64,000 bases of DNA, taken from an uncultured Candidatus Peribacteria bacterium. GTDB taxonomy: Bacteria; Patescibacteriota; Gracilibacteria; BD1-5; UBA2023. Below the pieces are notes generated by a model that saw only the letters and a program-made list of their open reading frames with translations, ran no database searches and was not told the DNA's origin. The stretch spans positions 35-64,034 of the forward strand of contig CAZXUQ010000007.1 in assembly GCA_964644075.1 (NCBI GenBank), written 5' to 3'. The translations under genes and the position numbers were made by a program. Below, one piece after another: positions 31,940-44,697 of this stretch (positions within the stretch are counted from its first letter, which is position 1; each line of letters begins with the position of its first letter).

Positions 31940-34786
31940 ATGTCAGAATTCATAGAAATCATCGGAGCAGAGACGCATAATCTCAAAAATGTCGATCTCA
32001 AAATCCCAAAAAACAAACTCGTCATCATGACGGGAGTTTCGTGATCAGGGAAGTCGTCACTTGCTTTTGACACTCTCTATGCTGAGTGACAAAAACGCTA
32101 TCTCGAATCCCTCTCAACCTATGCTCGTATGATCGTCTCTGAGACGTCTAATGAGACTAAAGTGAGAGAAATACGATGACTTTCGCCAACGATCGCCATC
32201 AACCAAAAAACCGTATCCAACAATCCTCGGTCGACTGTTGGAACCATCACGGAAATCTATGATTACTATCGCCTCCTCTATGCGACTATCGGTCAAGCAT
32301 ACTGCCCCAACCACCCCCATATTCCTCTCAAAAAAGACACTCTTCAAGATGTTGTCAGACATGTGTCGAAGTTTGGCGAAGGAGCAAAATTCCATATTAA
32401 CATACGGCTTCCAGCGGATAGAACATTCGACAGTGTCGAAGATGTGGCGAAGTATGTCTGAGATACTGGATTTGTACGATTTCAGATAGGGAAAAACGTC
32501 TACTCTGTAGCTGACTCAAACCAAGGAGATAAGTATACTGGATGATGATATATCATCATCGATCGATTGGTTACCAAGACAAGCGATGAGGAGAGACATC
32601 AATTCGAAACCCGTCTCAAGGACTCCTTGTCACTTGCCTTTGCTCGGTGAGAAGGCGCCCTTTCTCTCTATGAACTCGACACAGAAAAAGAAACACTTTT
32701 CCACCAAGATCCTGCTTGCCCGATCTGTGGGTATACACAAAAAGATCTCAATCTCTCGAACTTCTCTTTTAATTCTCATCATGGCGCCTGTGAGACCTGC
32801 CATGGTATTGGTTCTTTTATGACATTCCGTGAGGAGGATATCGTCAATCCTCGTCTCAGTCTCGCTGAGTGAGCCCTCCTTCCATGGTCACAACACCCTT
32901 ACTACACAGCTGTCCTTGAGGTGGTAGGAGCACACGAAGAAATCGACATGCATGTACCATTTGGCGAACTTGGCGATCGTGAAAAAAAGAAAATCCTCTA
33001 TGGAGTTACAGGAACTTTTGATATCCCCTATGTCTCAAAATATGACGAAGGAAAGTCTCATAGGGCAAAGTACGAAGGACTCATCCCAAACCTAGAACGA
33101 CGGTATCGAGAAAGTGATATGGGAAATGATGCGTTCTTTAAACGTATTCAAATGTTCGCCACAGAACAAACGTGTCGAAGTTGTGACGGACATAGGCTCA
33201 AAAAAGAGTATCTTTCCGTGTTGGTATGAGGAAAAAATATTGGCGAACTTACCTGACTTTCTGTCGAAGATTCGAGAAAATTCTTTGATACACTGACATT
33301 TACAACTGAAGAAAAAGTCATCGTCGGAAGTATCATGAAGAATGTCACAGAACGACTCGAGTTCCTCTCGGGAGTCTGACTCGACTATGTGACTCTGGCT
33401 CGTCGTGCGAATACCCTCTCAGGATGAGAGAGTCAGCGTATACGACTCGCTACACAGATCGGTACACGACTCGAGGGTATTATCTATGTCCTCGATGAGC
33501 CATCGATCGGACTCCATCCCCGAGATAACCAGATGCTCATCTCTAACCTGAAGCGCCTGGCGAGTATTGGCAATAGTGTCGTAGTTGTCGAACATGATGA
33601 AGATATCATGCGAGAGAGTGACTATATCATCGATATTGGTCCTCGAGCATGAGTTCATGGTGGTGAGGTCGTCTTCGAGTGAACCTACGATGCCATGACC
33701 AAAAAACCTACCACAGAAACTGGGGAATACCTCTCAGGAAAAAAACGTGTCGAACGTCGACACTTCGTCGACAAACTTTCGCCATCATATATTTCGATAC
33801 TGTGAGCGGAGGAAAACAATCTGAAAAATATTAATGTCCGTATACCACTCGGATGTCTGACAGCAGTTACTGGCGTCTCATGATCGGGGAAATCCTCACT
33901 GATCATCGATATCCTCTCTGTTGCACTCCAAAACCACTTCAATGGTTCGACAAACCCTGTCGGAAAACACCGAGCAATCGAAGGCATCGAAAATATCGAT
34001 AAGGCGATCATTATCGACCAATCGCCGATCGGTAAAACTCCGCACTCAAACATCGCGACCTATACGTGAGTATTTACCTATATCCGAGAAGTCTTTGCCG
34101 CGAGTCATGAGGCACAAAAACGGGGGTATGGACCGGGAAGATTCTCTTTCAATACGAAAGGATGACGCTGTGAAGTCTGTGAGGGAAGTGGAGTCAAAAA
34201 GATAGAAATGCACTTTCTCCCTGATGTGTATGTCGAGTGTGAGTCCTGTGGCGGGACGAGGTACAACCCTGAAACACTCGATGTAAAATTTAAATGAAAA
34301 AATATCGCAGAAGTGCTCGATATGACGGTTTCTGAGGCGTGCGAATTTTTCACAGCATTTCCGCGTATCAAGCGTGTCCTCGATGTCCTCGATGAGGTCG
34401 GTCTCGGGTATATCAAACTCGGACAGTCTGCGCCTACTCTCTCAGGATGAGAGGCCCAACGTATCAAGCTCGCCTTCGATCTCGCGAAACGATCGACAGG
34501 AAAAACCCTCTATATCCTCGATGAACCAACGACAGGACTCCATTTTTCGGATGTACAGAAGCTCCTCGATATCCTCGACGCTCTCGTACAAAAAGGGAAC
34601 TCTGTCCTCATCATCGAACACAACCTCGATATGATAGCGAATGCTGATGCTATCATCGATATATGATCTGAATGAGGAGATCGCGGTGGAAACCTCGTCT
34701 TTGCTGGTCCACGGGAAAAACTCCTCAGCGTAAAGGAAAGTCACACAGCAGACGCTCTCAAGAAATACCTCTCACATCATAAATAA
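31940..34786 (+). CDS. uvrA: Excinuclease ABC subunit A
   Basis: 948-aa collinear UvrA. Both Walker A loops read GVSG(TGA)SGKSS, both LSGGE(S/A)QRI signatures have a TGA Gly, Zn-finger cysteines are present. About 22 in-frame TGA by hand count; none disrupts conservation when read as Gly. Confidence 0.97.
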
Positions 34787-34810
34787 TCCCTCCGATCGGA
34801 GGGATATTTT
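34787..34810. terminator. Bidirectional terminator between uvrA and the giant surface-protein gene
   Basis: TCCCTCCG-AT-CGGAGGGA followed by a T-run. The convergent gene's stop codon is at 34811-34813. Confidence 0.7.
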
Positions 34811-37800
34811 TTACTGAACGACAATTTCTTCATAGATCATGCTGACGCCATGTTCACGAGAGAGAATGTCTTTATTGATGACTGGGGCATTTGCCTCTGT
34901 TTTTCCCTGGGCTGCATCGAGGAGTTTTATAGCTTCCCCGTAGGTAATAGAGTCATCTCCACGGAAGCTCGGCATATCAGGATTGATCCACCCCATGACG
35001 ATACCAAATACGATATACTTACGGAACTCAGAGTTTCCGACATCACGGAACTTCATGACGCTATCCATGTCTGACATTTCCTCAAATCCATAGGCAAGAG
35101 AGAGGACTTTCATAAACTCGTTTCGTGTCATCGGACGCTCAGGATCAAACTTCTTTGTATTTTTTACATACCCACTTTCTATCATCGCAGTGATAGCTTC
35201 CTGGTAGTCAGAGTTGTCGATGTCTGACACGATGATATCTTGTGTCGAAGTTGTCGAAAGTGGAGTTTGTGCCTCTGTATGCACTCCTTCTGGAGTATTT
35301 CTGAGGAGACGTTCGAGAGCGGTTATTCCAAGTTGCATATTTGGATTACTTGATACAGTCGAAGTTGCCTGATTTGCCGAAGGGACAAGTGGAACTCCAC
35401 CAATGATGTTTCCACCTCCGCCCCCTCCACCTCATGTACTTGGTGCAATGACAACCGGAGCTGGCACTACCACATTTACGATACGGGATACAGGAGTTGC
35501 CTGATTTCCTACACTATCAGAAACTGTATATACTAGAGTGTATGATCCTGTCAGTGATGTATTCACAGAACCTGATCGAGTTACCATTCCTGTGATATTA
35601 CCATCGACATTATCTGTCGCGACTACTCACATGTCTGTGTAGGTTGTACCCTGAGTGACCGTCGTAGGACTCGTACCGAGGAGCGTGATCACTGGTGCCG
35701 TCGTGTCGATGTTCGCCACATTTGCCACTACTGATCCTGTATTTCCAGATGCATCCTGAAATGTAAAGGTAAATGAACCATTTGAACTAAATACATAGTT
35801 CGAATTTCCAGTATTATTGGTAATCGTAATCAACTCACTTGCTCCCGTAAGAGTCGCTGTCACACTTCCACTTGTTGTCGAAAGTGTCGAATATGTCACA
35901 CTGGCTGTCGGAGGAGTAGTGTCGACGACATGGATGGTACGGACTGCCCCTGTACCGACATTCGATGAACTGTCCGTATATTCATATGAAACAATATACG
36001 TTCCCAGTGCTCCTGTATTTACACTTCCACTATTGTACCCTGAGATGAATCCACTTCCATCGACATTATCTGTCCATGATGCCCCATCATCGACAAACCC
36101 TGACCCGAACTCAACATTGACTGTCGCAGCTCCTGAGAGTGTGATGACAGGAGGAGTGGTGTCTGGTGCAGCAAGGACATTGACTGTACGGAATGCTATG
36201 CCAACATTTGAAGAGCTATCAGTGTAACGGTACTCAATCATATACGTGCCTACAGTATTGGTATCTACAGATCCAGAGTAGACTCATACTGTGCCAGAGC
36301 CATCATATGCATCGGTCCAACTTGCTCCACTTTCCGTATAAGTGTCACCTACCACGAGTGTAATAAGAGAACCACCTACGGCTACTACACTTGGTGCTGT
36401 CGTATCTTGTACTATGATTGTTCTATCGGCTCCTGTACCAACATTTGAAGAGCTATCCGTATATTCGTATGACACAGTATAGGTTCCGAGTGCCCCTGTG
36501 TTGACGGATCCACTCGTATATCCTGGTATAAATCCACTTCCATCGACATTATCTGTCCAACTCGCTCCATCATCGATAAAATCATTTCCATACTCGACAT
36601 TGACTGTCGCAGATCCAGAAAGAGTAATCACTGGAGGTGTGGTATCTGGAACTGGTATGATGTTCACACTACGAGACGTCGATCCTGTATTTCCAGAACT
36701 ATCTACATAGTTGTATCAGATAGTATATGTACCTACAGTGTTTACATCGAGAGTTCCACTGTTGTAACTCGGTATCACTCCTGCACCATCGTGAAGGTCT
36801 GTCCATGTGGCACCAGAGTCGCTAAATACACTACCGGAGAGGAGAGTAATCATACCAGAACCAACGAGTGTCACTACTGGCACTGTCGTATCTACGACAT
36901 TGACTGTACGAGAAACTGAACCCGTATTTCCAGAACTATCGATGTATCGGTAACCGAGCGTATATGTTCCGAGTGTTCCTGTATTGACCGATCCAGTTGT
37001 CGCTACTGGGATGAGCCCTGACCCATCGTAAGCATCTGTCCATGATGCACCATCTTCACTATAGTCATTTCCATACTCGACATTGACTGTTGCAGATCCA
37101 GACAGGGTGACAACTGGTGCCGTCGTATCTACGACACTCACAGTTCTCGTTACAGTTCATGTATTTCCTGATATGTCTGTGTAGGTATACTCAAGAGTGT
37201 AATTCCCGAGTACTCCCGTATTTACTGCCCCGCTCGTCGCACTTAGGATCACTCCTGCACCATCGTGAAGGTCTATCCATGATGCTCCGAGTTCGACATA
37301 TGCATTCCCATATTCGACATTCAGAGTTGATGATCCAGAAAGGGTGACGACAGGATTGGTCGTATCGATAACACTGACTGTACGACTCGTGGATCCTGTA
37401 TTCCCCGCACCATCTGTATAGCTATACTCGAGTATATAGGTTCCGAGTGCCCCGGTATTTACACTTCCACTTGTTGCAGTAGCAATATATCCAGAACCGT
37501 CGATATTGTCTGTCCAACTCGCCCCATCTTCACTATAGTCATTTCCATATTCGACATTGACTGTCGCAGATCCAGAAAGAGTGACAACTGGAGGAGTCGT
37601 ATCTGGTGCAGAAAGGACATTGACGGTACGAGAAACTGAACCTGTATTTCCAGAAATATCAGTATATTCATATGCGATCGTGTAGGATCCAGTACTATTG
37701 GTGTCGAGAAAGCCACTATTGTAACTCGGGATCACTCCTGCACCGTCATGGAGGTCTGTCCATGATGCTCAGACATCCGTATACCCACTTCATACGAGGA

Positions 37801-40800
37801 TACTCACGAGAGCAGCTCCAGAAAGAGTGACGACTGGAGCGGTCGTGTCCTCTACTACTACTGTACGAGTAGCTCATGAACTATTCCCCGCATCATCTAC
37901 CTTCAGATACTCGAGCACATACGTTCCAAGAGATCCAGTATTTACGCTTCCTGAGAGAGCAAATGACCCTGGAGTTCCATAGCTTCCTGTGAAAACATTT
38001 CATGAACCATCGACGTTATCTGTCCATGAAGCACCATCCTCACTATAGTCATTGCCATACTCGACAGAGACTGTCGCAGATCCTGAGAGTGTTACTACGG
38101 GTGCTAATGCGTCAGTTACCGTCACTGTACGAAATCCCATACCGACATTTCCTCAGCCGTCAGTGTAACGATACTCAAGAATATATACTCCTGGAGTATT
38201 TATATCGACCGCTCCAGTATATGGAGTCGCGAGAAATCCAGAACCATCGACGTTATCTGTCCATGTGGCTCCACTTTCTGTATAGCTTGCACCTTGGTTT
38301 ATCGTCACGAAGTTTCCTCCTACTGGAATGACACTCGGCCCTGTCATATCAGCGACAGTGACGCTACGAGTAACCTGGACTGCAGGATTGCTCGCAGCAT
38401 CTGTCACATCGTATGTGATGATGTACGTACCAGTATGACTCGTATCGACTGTTCCACCAGTCATGATGCTGGCTGTGATATCCCCGTCGACATTATCGAG
38501 TGCTGTCGCTCCACTATCCACATAGATAGATCCATGAGCCACTATCATCGTTCCTGATCCGATGAGGGTGATGACGGGAGGGGTTGTGTCTGGTGCAGCT
38601 ATGACGTTTACTGTACGACTTATTGACCCTGTATTTCAGGAACTATCTATATATCGATAGCTGAGTACATATGTCCCGAGAGATCCAGTATTTACTAACC
38701 CACTATATGGTCCCGAGAGATTTCCCGATCCATCGTGGACATCACTCCATGATGCTCCTGACTCTGTATAGATCGAGTTTTGGTATATCGTGAGGTTTCC
38801 TGATCCGATGAGCGTCACGGTGGGAGCGGTAGTATCTACGACATTCACAGTCCTTCCTGTCGAAGTACTATTCCCCGCACCATCTGTGTAGCTGTACTCG
38901 AGCATATAGGTTCCGAGTGCTCCTGTATTTACGCTTCCACTTGTTGCGGTAGCAATAAACCCAGAACCATCTACATTATCTGTCCAACTCGCCCCATCAT
39001 CGACAAACCCTGACCCAAACTCGACATTGACTGTCGAAGATCCTGAGAGCGTGATTACCGGTGCTGTCGTGTCGATGTTCGCCACGCTTGCCACTACTGA
39101 TCCTGTATTTCCAGATGCATCCTGAAATGTAAAGGTAAATGAACCATTTGAACTAAATACATAGTTCGAATTTCCAGTATTATTGGTAATCGTAATCAAC
39201 TCACTTGCTCCCGTAAGAGTCGCTGTCACACTTCCACTTGTCGTCGAAAGTGTCGAATATGTCACACTGGCTGTCGGAGGAGTTGTGTCTCGCACAACTA
39301 CACTTCGTGTCGCACCAGAGCTATTTCCTGAACTGTCTACTTTCAGGTACTCGAGCGTATACGTTCCGAGTGCTCCTGTATTTACACTTCCTGAAACAGC
39401 AAATGATCCTATGTTCCCATATGTTCCTACAAAAGTATCCCCAGAACCATCTACGTTATCTGTCCATGATACTCCTGGTTCCATATAATCATTCCCAAAT
39501 TCTACATACTCAATCATGGATCCAGAGAGTACTACTACTGGAGGAGTGTTATCTGGTGCAGCTATGACGTTTACTGTACGACTTGTTGACCCTGTATTTC
39601 CTGCACCATCTGTATAACTATATTCCAGTATATACGTTCCGAGTGCTCCTGTGTTGACTGATCCACTCGTCGCACTCGGGATAGTTCCTGATCCATCATG
39701 GATATCATTCCATGATGCTCCTGGGTCAGTATAGGTACTGCCAATAATGATGCTATCTGGATCTGCTCCTGAGAGGGTTACAGTAGGCGCAGTAGTATCT
39801 ACGACATTCACAGTCCTTCCTGTCGAAGTTGCATTTCCTGCATTATCTACTTTCTTATAATCCAGACTATACGTTCCAAGAGATCCAGTATTTACGCTTC
39901 CTGAGAGAGCAAATGACCCTGGAGTTCCATAGCTTCCTGTGAAAACATTTCATGAACCGTCTACATTATCTGTCCATGACGCACCATCTTCTGTATAGTC
40001 ATTTCCATATTCGACATTGACTGTCGAAGATCCAGAAAGAGTGACGACTGGAGGAGTCGTATCTCACCCCATTCCATATGATACTATCATAGATGCACTC
40101 CCCACGCCTACGTAATTTTGACTAAAATCATATCCTCCTGCTTGGTACTCGAGTCTTTGTGTAGCTACAGAGACTACGTTTCCAGTCGTCCAAACGGGAG
40201 AATTGTCTATATAAACCTCGTAATCTGTATGTCCAGTGTTTGGTGTGAGTGTTGTTAGAGCATCAGAGAGAGTCGAGTTTCTAGTATCAAAAATAAATAC
40301 TCCTCCTGTTTCGGTGATCGTCTGTCATGTAGTTGTTCCTACTCATCCACAAACAGATATAGATCCAATATCACGTAAACATACGGATCCGACAAAACTT
40401 CCTACTCCACCAGTCATACTTACTAAAAGAGTTACCCCAGATATTGTCATGCCAGTATTGCTATCTAAATTGGTCACGTGGATTTTTCCTATCGGAGCAC
40501 CATTCTGAAGACCACCAGAGTGCCCAGTGAGTACAACGGCTGGAACGGTGATAGATGCTGTATAGAGCTTCATAGCAGAAAGCATACTATCGTCGACAGC
40601 GAGTGGTGAGCTATCTGCATCTTTTACGATACTGATCATACCAGAGTTCGTCGAGAGACGAAGGGTTTGTCCATAGTATGGTTCCACTGGGCCAGCCTGG
40701 ATCACTACTTTATAGTTCGTCGTCGTATATCCAGGAGTGATAGAGTTCACTCATGAGAAACTGATCGTCTGTCATGAGATAGTCCCGACCGCGAGAAGTG

Positions 40801-41701
40801 TGTTTCCAGAGACTTCTCGAAGTTCCACGCCTGTCGAGTATGATGCGAGATTAGAGAGGTAACTGGTTCCTATATTTTCGAGATCGATATTTTCGAGACG
40901 TATAGGATCGATACCAGCAGAAACACCAAATCTTCCTACCTCCTGACCTATACCGTTTGAGTATATTTTATCGTTTGATGGAGGAGCGACCGTCGCATTT
41001 CTGAGGTTGGCAGGACTGACCACATCTACTCGTCGAGTTGCACCAGAGCTATTTCCCGCATTATCCACCTTCATATAGTCTATATAGTATACTCATACTG
41101 TGTTTGTATCCACGCTTCCACTGACGGCGAATGATCCTGGAGTTCCATATGTTCCTGTGAAAGTATCCCCAGATCCATCCACATTATCTGTCCATGACGC
41201 ACCGGGTTCCATGTAGGTTCCACTCAGTGCGACGGATATATTGCTACCAGAAAGGGTGACAACAGGGGGAGTTGTGTCGGGTGGAGGGAGTGTCGTGATC
41301 GTAAATGTAGCGTTGGATGCTGGATTAGCAATCTCACCACTTCCATTGTACGCTCCTGTGAGCGACACTGTAGCTACTCCATCGACGGAACCACTTCCGT
41401 CATCCATATTGACCGTGTAGTCATAGGTAAATATCGTACCACTTCCGAGGTCTGTCATAGGAGCATCAAATACATCCATCCATCCTGGCTGATCGATAGT
41501 GATGAGTGGAGTTCCTACCACGGTATCTGTATAGGTAGCCGTGATCGTGAGTGTTCCTGTGCCCGTAGGATTACTCGAATATCAGAGTGCTACATCTGGA
41601 CTTGTAGCGTGAGCGATATTGAGAAAAGGGGAACAGAGTGATGTCATAAACGTGATGAGCGTCACGAGACTCGTGCTCCTTCGGAGAGAAAAGGTATACA
41701 T
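34811..41701 (-). CDS. Giant surface protein (2296 aa): signal peptide, S-layer-like module, about 14 Ig-like (DUF5011/HYR-type) repeats, Gly-rich linker and two C-terminal SLH repeats
   Basis: Ten listed minus-strand fragments all share one frame. The three unlisted gaps were checked triplet by triplet and contain only TGA. N-terminus [32 protein letters not shown]. Repeat unit DTTPPVxTLSGSxTVNVEYGxxYxDxGASWTDxxDGSG...GSVNTGxLGTYTLxYxYTDxxGNxxSxxRTVxVxD. C-terminus [44 protein letters not shown] (SLH). Confidence 0.85.
35695..35917. repeat. 223-nt intragenic repeat, about 98% identical to 39061-39283
   Basis: Hand alignment shows 4 mismatches. Encodes ...[72 protein letters not shown]. Confidence 0.85.
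39061..39283. repeat. 223-nt intragenic repeat, partner of 35695-35917
   Basis: See partner. A further 90-nt identical pair lies at 37919-38008 and 39869-39958. Confidence 0.85.
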
Positions 41702-41823
41702 ATGGATATGTGTATGGATATAAATACCCATAGAGACTACTCCATACAAAAAAATATAGCAATCTTCTTACCTTGTTTTCTGAGGAAAATGAATTGACAA
41801 AAATGTATTATAAATTCTATATA

Positions 41824-42351
41824 CTATATAGATATTTTTCCTCGAAATCCACGAGCCGCGTAGTATGAGTCAGCACCATTGTGGTAGAGAAAAACCGTAT
41901 CATAGCGTCGATCACAGAAAAGTGCACCACCGAGCTTTCGTACGTTCTCTGGTGTAGCTACCCAAGATGAGCTCTTGGTATCGAAAATGTCGAATGTTTG
42001 GAGTACTCTATATTCTTTTTCGTTTAGGAGGAAAATGCCGATTTCCTTCGCCATTTCATCGACAGAGTTTTTTGGTTTGTTTTCTTTGCGAGCATCGAGT
42101 GCAGCTCGGTCGTAGCAGAGACTGCGGCGTCCTGATGGACTCTCGACCGAGCAGTCGACGAATATGATCTCGCCACTTTCGCCAACGAGCTCGACGACAT
42201 CTGGCTCTCCACCCGTCTCTTCCATACGTTCGAGTACAGCGAGCCTTTCTGGATTTTCTATGAGTTTCTTTTCGACATCATCCCATGAAATATGCGGGTG
42301 GCGGTGAGGGTGGATGAGAAAGCGAGATTTGAGGATTTCGAGAGTTTGCAT
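41824..42351 (-). CDS. DUF4256 family protein
   Basis: MERTGGEPDVV-type motif (RMEETGGEPDVVELV), CSVESPSGRRSLCYDRAALDARKENKP, TKSSSWVATPENVRKLGGALFCDRRYDTVFLYHNGADSYYAARGFRG. As far as I recall this matches the DUF4256 family. No TGA. Confidence 0.7.
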   Translation of the reverse strand: MQTLEILKSRFLIHPHRHPHISWDDVEKKLIENPERLAVLERMEETGGEPDVVELVGESGEIIFVDCSVESPSGRRSLCYDRAALDARKENKPKNSVDEMAKEIGIFLLNEKEYRVLQTFDIFDTKSSSWVATPENVRKLGGALFCDRRYDTVFLYHNGADSYYAARGFRGKISI

Positions 42352-42359
42352 AGAGAAAT

Positions 42360-43277
42360 CTAGTGACCCATCCTGAGAATATCTTCATGGATCGAGTTCG
42401 CAGCGAGGCATCCCTCTGCAGCACTCATGATCGTTTGGCGGAACTTATTGGAGTTGGTTGTGACATCGCCTGCGCCATAGAGACCCTTTACGGTTGTTTC
42501 TTGGCGTTTATCTACGATGAGACATCCTTCACCGTCCTTCTCTGGCCCGAGCCCATCGACGATACGGGTAAATGGAGTCGATCCGATCGCGACGAATACG
42601 CCATCGACAGGAAGAGTTTCCCCATTCGTGAGCCGTACTCCAGTGACTCCCATCATCGATCCGATGACCTCAGTTGCCTGCGTGTTCATATGGATCACGA
42701 TGTTAGATTTTGCTTTTGCTTTCTCGACCCAGATATCCTCAGCGCGTATGCGGTCTGAGCGGACGAGTATGTGGACTTCTTTACATATCTCAGCGAGGTA
42801 GAGTGACTCAGTGATCGCAGTGTTTCCTGCACCGACGACAGCGACGGTGAGATTTTTATAAAAATTCCCATCACACGTCGCACAGTAGGAAACCCCCTGT
42901 CCATAGAACTCCATTTCGCCAGGGATACCGAGTTTTTTGTACTCGTTTCCTGTGGCGAGGATGATACGATGCGCCTCATAGATATCTCATTTCTGAGTAC
43001 TTACACTGAAGTGATCTTCGCCAATCTTCGCCACACTTTCGACACGATCCTGGATGAGTGTCGAACCAGCAGTTTCTGCATGTTTACGGAAATTTTCCAT
43101 GATTTCTCCACCTGGAGCTGAGAGTGTACCAGGATAGTTCTCCACACAGTGGGAAGTCGCGAGAGCACCTCCAGGCATCTCACCGATGATGAGATTGGAG
43201 AGTTTGTAGCGGGAGGCGTACATACCAGCAGGGAGACCAGCTGATCATGCACCGATGATGATGACGTCGTAGAGCAT
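42360..43277 (-). CDS. trxB: Thioredoxin-disulfide reductase
   Basis: MLYDVIIIGAG(TGA)SAGLPAGMYA (FAD GxGxxG), redox-active CATCDG, VVGAGNTAITESLYL (NADPH site), GLYGAGDV. Confidence 0.93.
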
Positions 43278-43325
43278 ATTTATGGTAAGTGGTTATAGTA
43301 TTTTTGTCATTCTGGACTTATTCCA

Positions 43326-43384
43326 GAATCCGGTTTTCTTCCCGATACTTTTGGTTACAAAAGTATCCAAAACTTTCGGGGTGG
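43326..43384 (-). promoter_or_regulatory. Conserved ~60-nt hairpin element, copy B, about 65 nt upstream of trxB
   Basis: GATACTTTT-GGTTAC-AAAAGTATC at 43344-43367, with flanks matching the reverse complement of the flanks at 758-817. Confidence 0.45.
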
Positions 43385-43568
43385 CAACAGAGCATTTACA
43401 CGTTCATTCTCGATACTTGATTTTCACATCATTGCCACGTGCGAACCCCGATTGATACGTCGTTCGGGAAATTCCGAACCTTTGTAGTTCACAGATATTC
43501 AAGGAAGAGCAGGAAATTTCATATAATGAGATTTAGTCTCATTATATGAAAAATAAAATTATTGCAAT

Positions 43569-44120
43569 CTATACTGCTTGTTTTTCTGGAGAAATTTTTG
43601 GGGTATGGGCGTTTCTGTACTCCTGGATAATATTGTTGATACGACGGCAGTTTTCTATCGGGTCTGGTGCATAGCCGACGATCATGTTCGATGTCTCACT
43701 TGCGGTATGGATATGGACATCTCAGAAGCCAAATATCGTCTGAAAAATCCCTGCTGTATGCGCATTGACCTCCTGTACTCGATCGAGAGAACACTCCGTG
43801 ACACTCCGAGAGAGAGCAGAAATCTGCTCGATACCGATGACGCGAGAGTCAGTGATGATGAAGATATCGAGTTCGTCATTGATCCAGTCGAGGAGGATAA
43901 ATGTGAGAAATATAATCCAGTAGAGAGCGAGTCCTCACCAGTAGAGCGCACTTCCTATGATATCGATGATCACACTCTGGTATGCGAGGAGGATCCACGA
44001 ACTGATGAAAAGTGCTACAAAATAGAGAAAATGAAACACCAAGATAATCCAGTGACGATGGAGTGTCATGAGGATTTGTTCATTGTCCTTTAGGAGTGAG
44101 ATGTGTTCTTTTTTGACCAT
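43569..44120 (-). CDS. Bacterial PH-domain (bPH_2/YdbS-YdbT-like) membrane protein
   Basis: LLKDNEQILMTLHRHWIILV, two TM helices, then FIITDSRVIGIEQ...GDVHIHTASE typical of the membrane PH-domain family. Start overlaps the tsaB end by 31 nt. Confidence 0.6.
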
Positions 44121-44659
44121 GTGATGTGTGGATCTTTGAGATAGATAGGACTGAGTTTTTCCTCTCTTTCTTTGCTCGCGAAGACCGAGGAAATCTCTGT
44201 GAAATTATAGGTATATTCTATGAAGTTTTGACCGTCTGTAAAATCATTTTTTTCACCATACCCGACATAGTCTCCCTTCGCCAACTTCGACATGTCTGAC
44301 ATGTCGAACATCTCTGTCGATCATGGCGAAGTTCTGATGATATATTCTCGATCATTGGCCTTCATTACAGGAGTTCATAGACTGATAATGTCGAAGAAGT
44401 GGCAGGATTTGAGTACTATATTTTTCGACATGGCGAGAGTCGAGAGAGTGAGCGTGACGATACGCATCCGAGTAAAGGCTCATGGCCCCACGATGCACCA
44501 GATTTCTCTGAGTTCATATTTTTGAGTCAAACTCACTATTTCTTCAGGAAACTGCGAAAAATCATCACCCCTTGGGATGACCCCATGCTCGATGATAGTT
44601 GTCCCTTCGAGAACGAAGAGTTCGATGTCAGTACCGACAGGATTGATAAAGAGAACCAT
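44090..44659 (-). CDS. tsaB: tRNA t6A biosynthesis protein TsaB (YeaZ)-like
   Basis: MVLFINPVGTDIELFVLEG...IWCIVGPGAFTRMRIVTLTLSTLA (GPGSFTGLRIG-type motif). The listed fragment 44090-44311 extends upstream through 3 TGA. Confidence 0.65.
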
Positions 44660-44697
44660 AGCGACACTATATCGAGATTTTCTTTTTTGTCATGTTT

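Noticed and set aside
35400-41500. Highly periodic repeats that could be mistaken for a CRISPR array or non-coding satellite
   Set aside because: The repeats are about 250-290 nt coding units of one continuous ORF (Ig-like domains). There is no short direct-repeat/spacer organisation and there are no cas genes.
43578-44093. 171-aa plus-strand ORF
   Set aside because: It is antisense to the PH-domain membrane protein gene, which shows family-typical motifs and a proper TAG stop.
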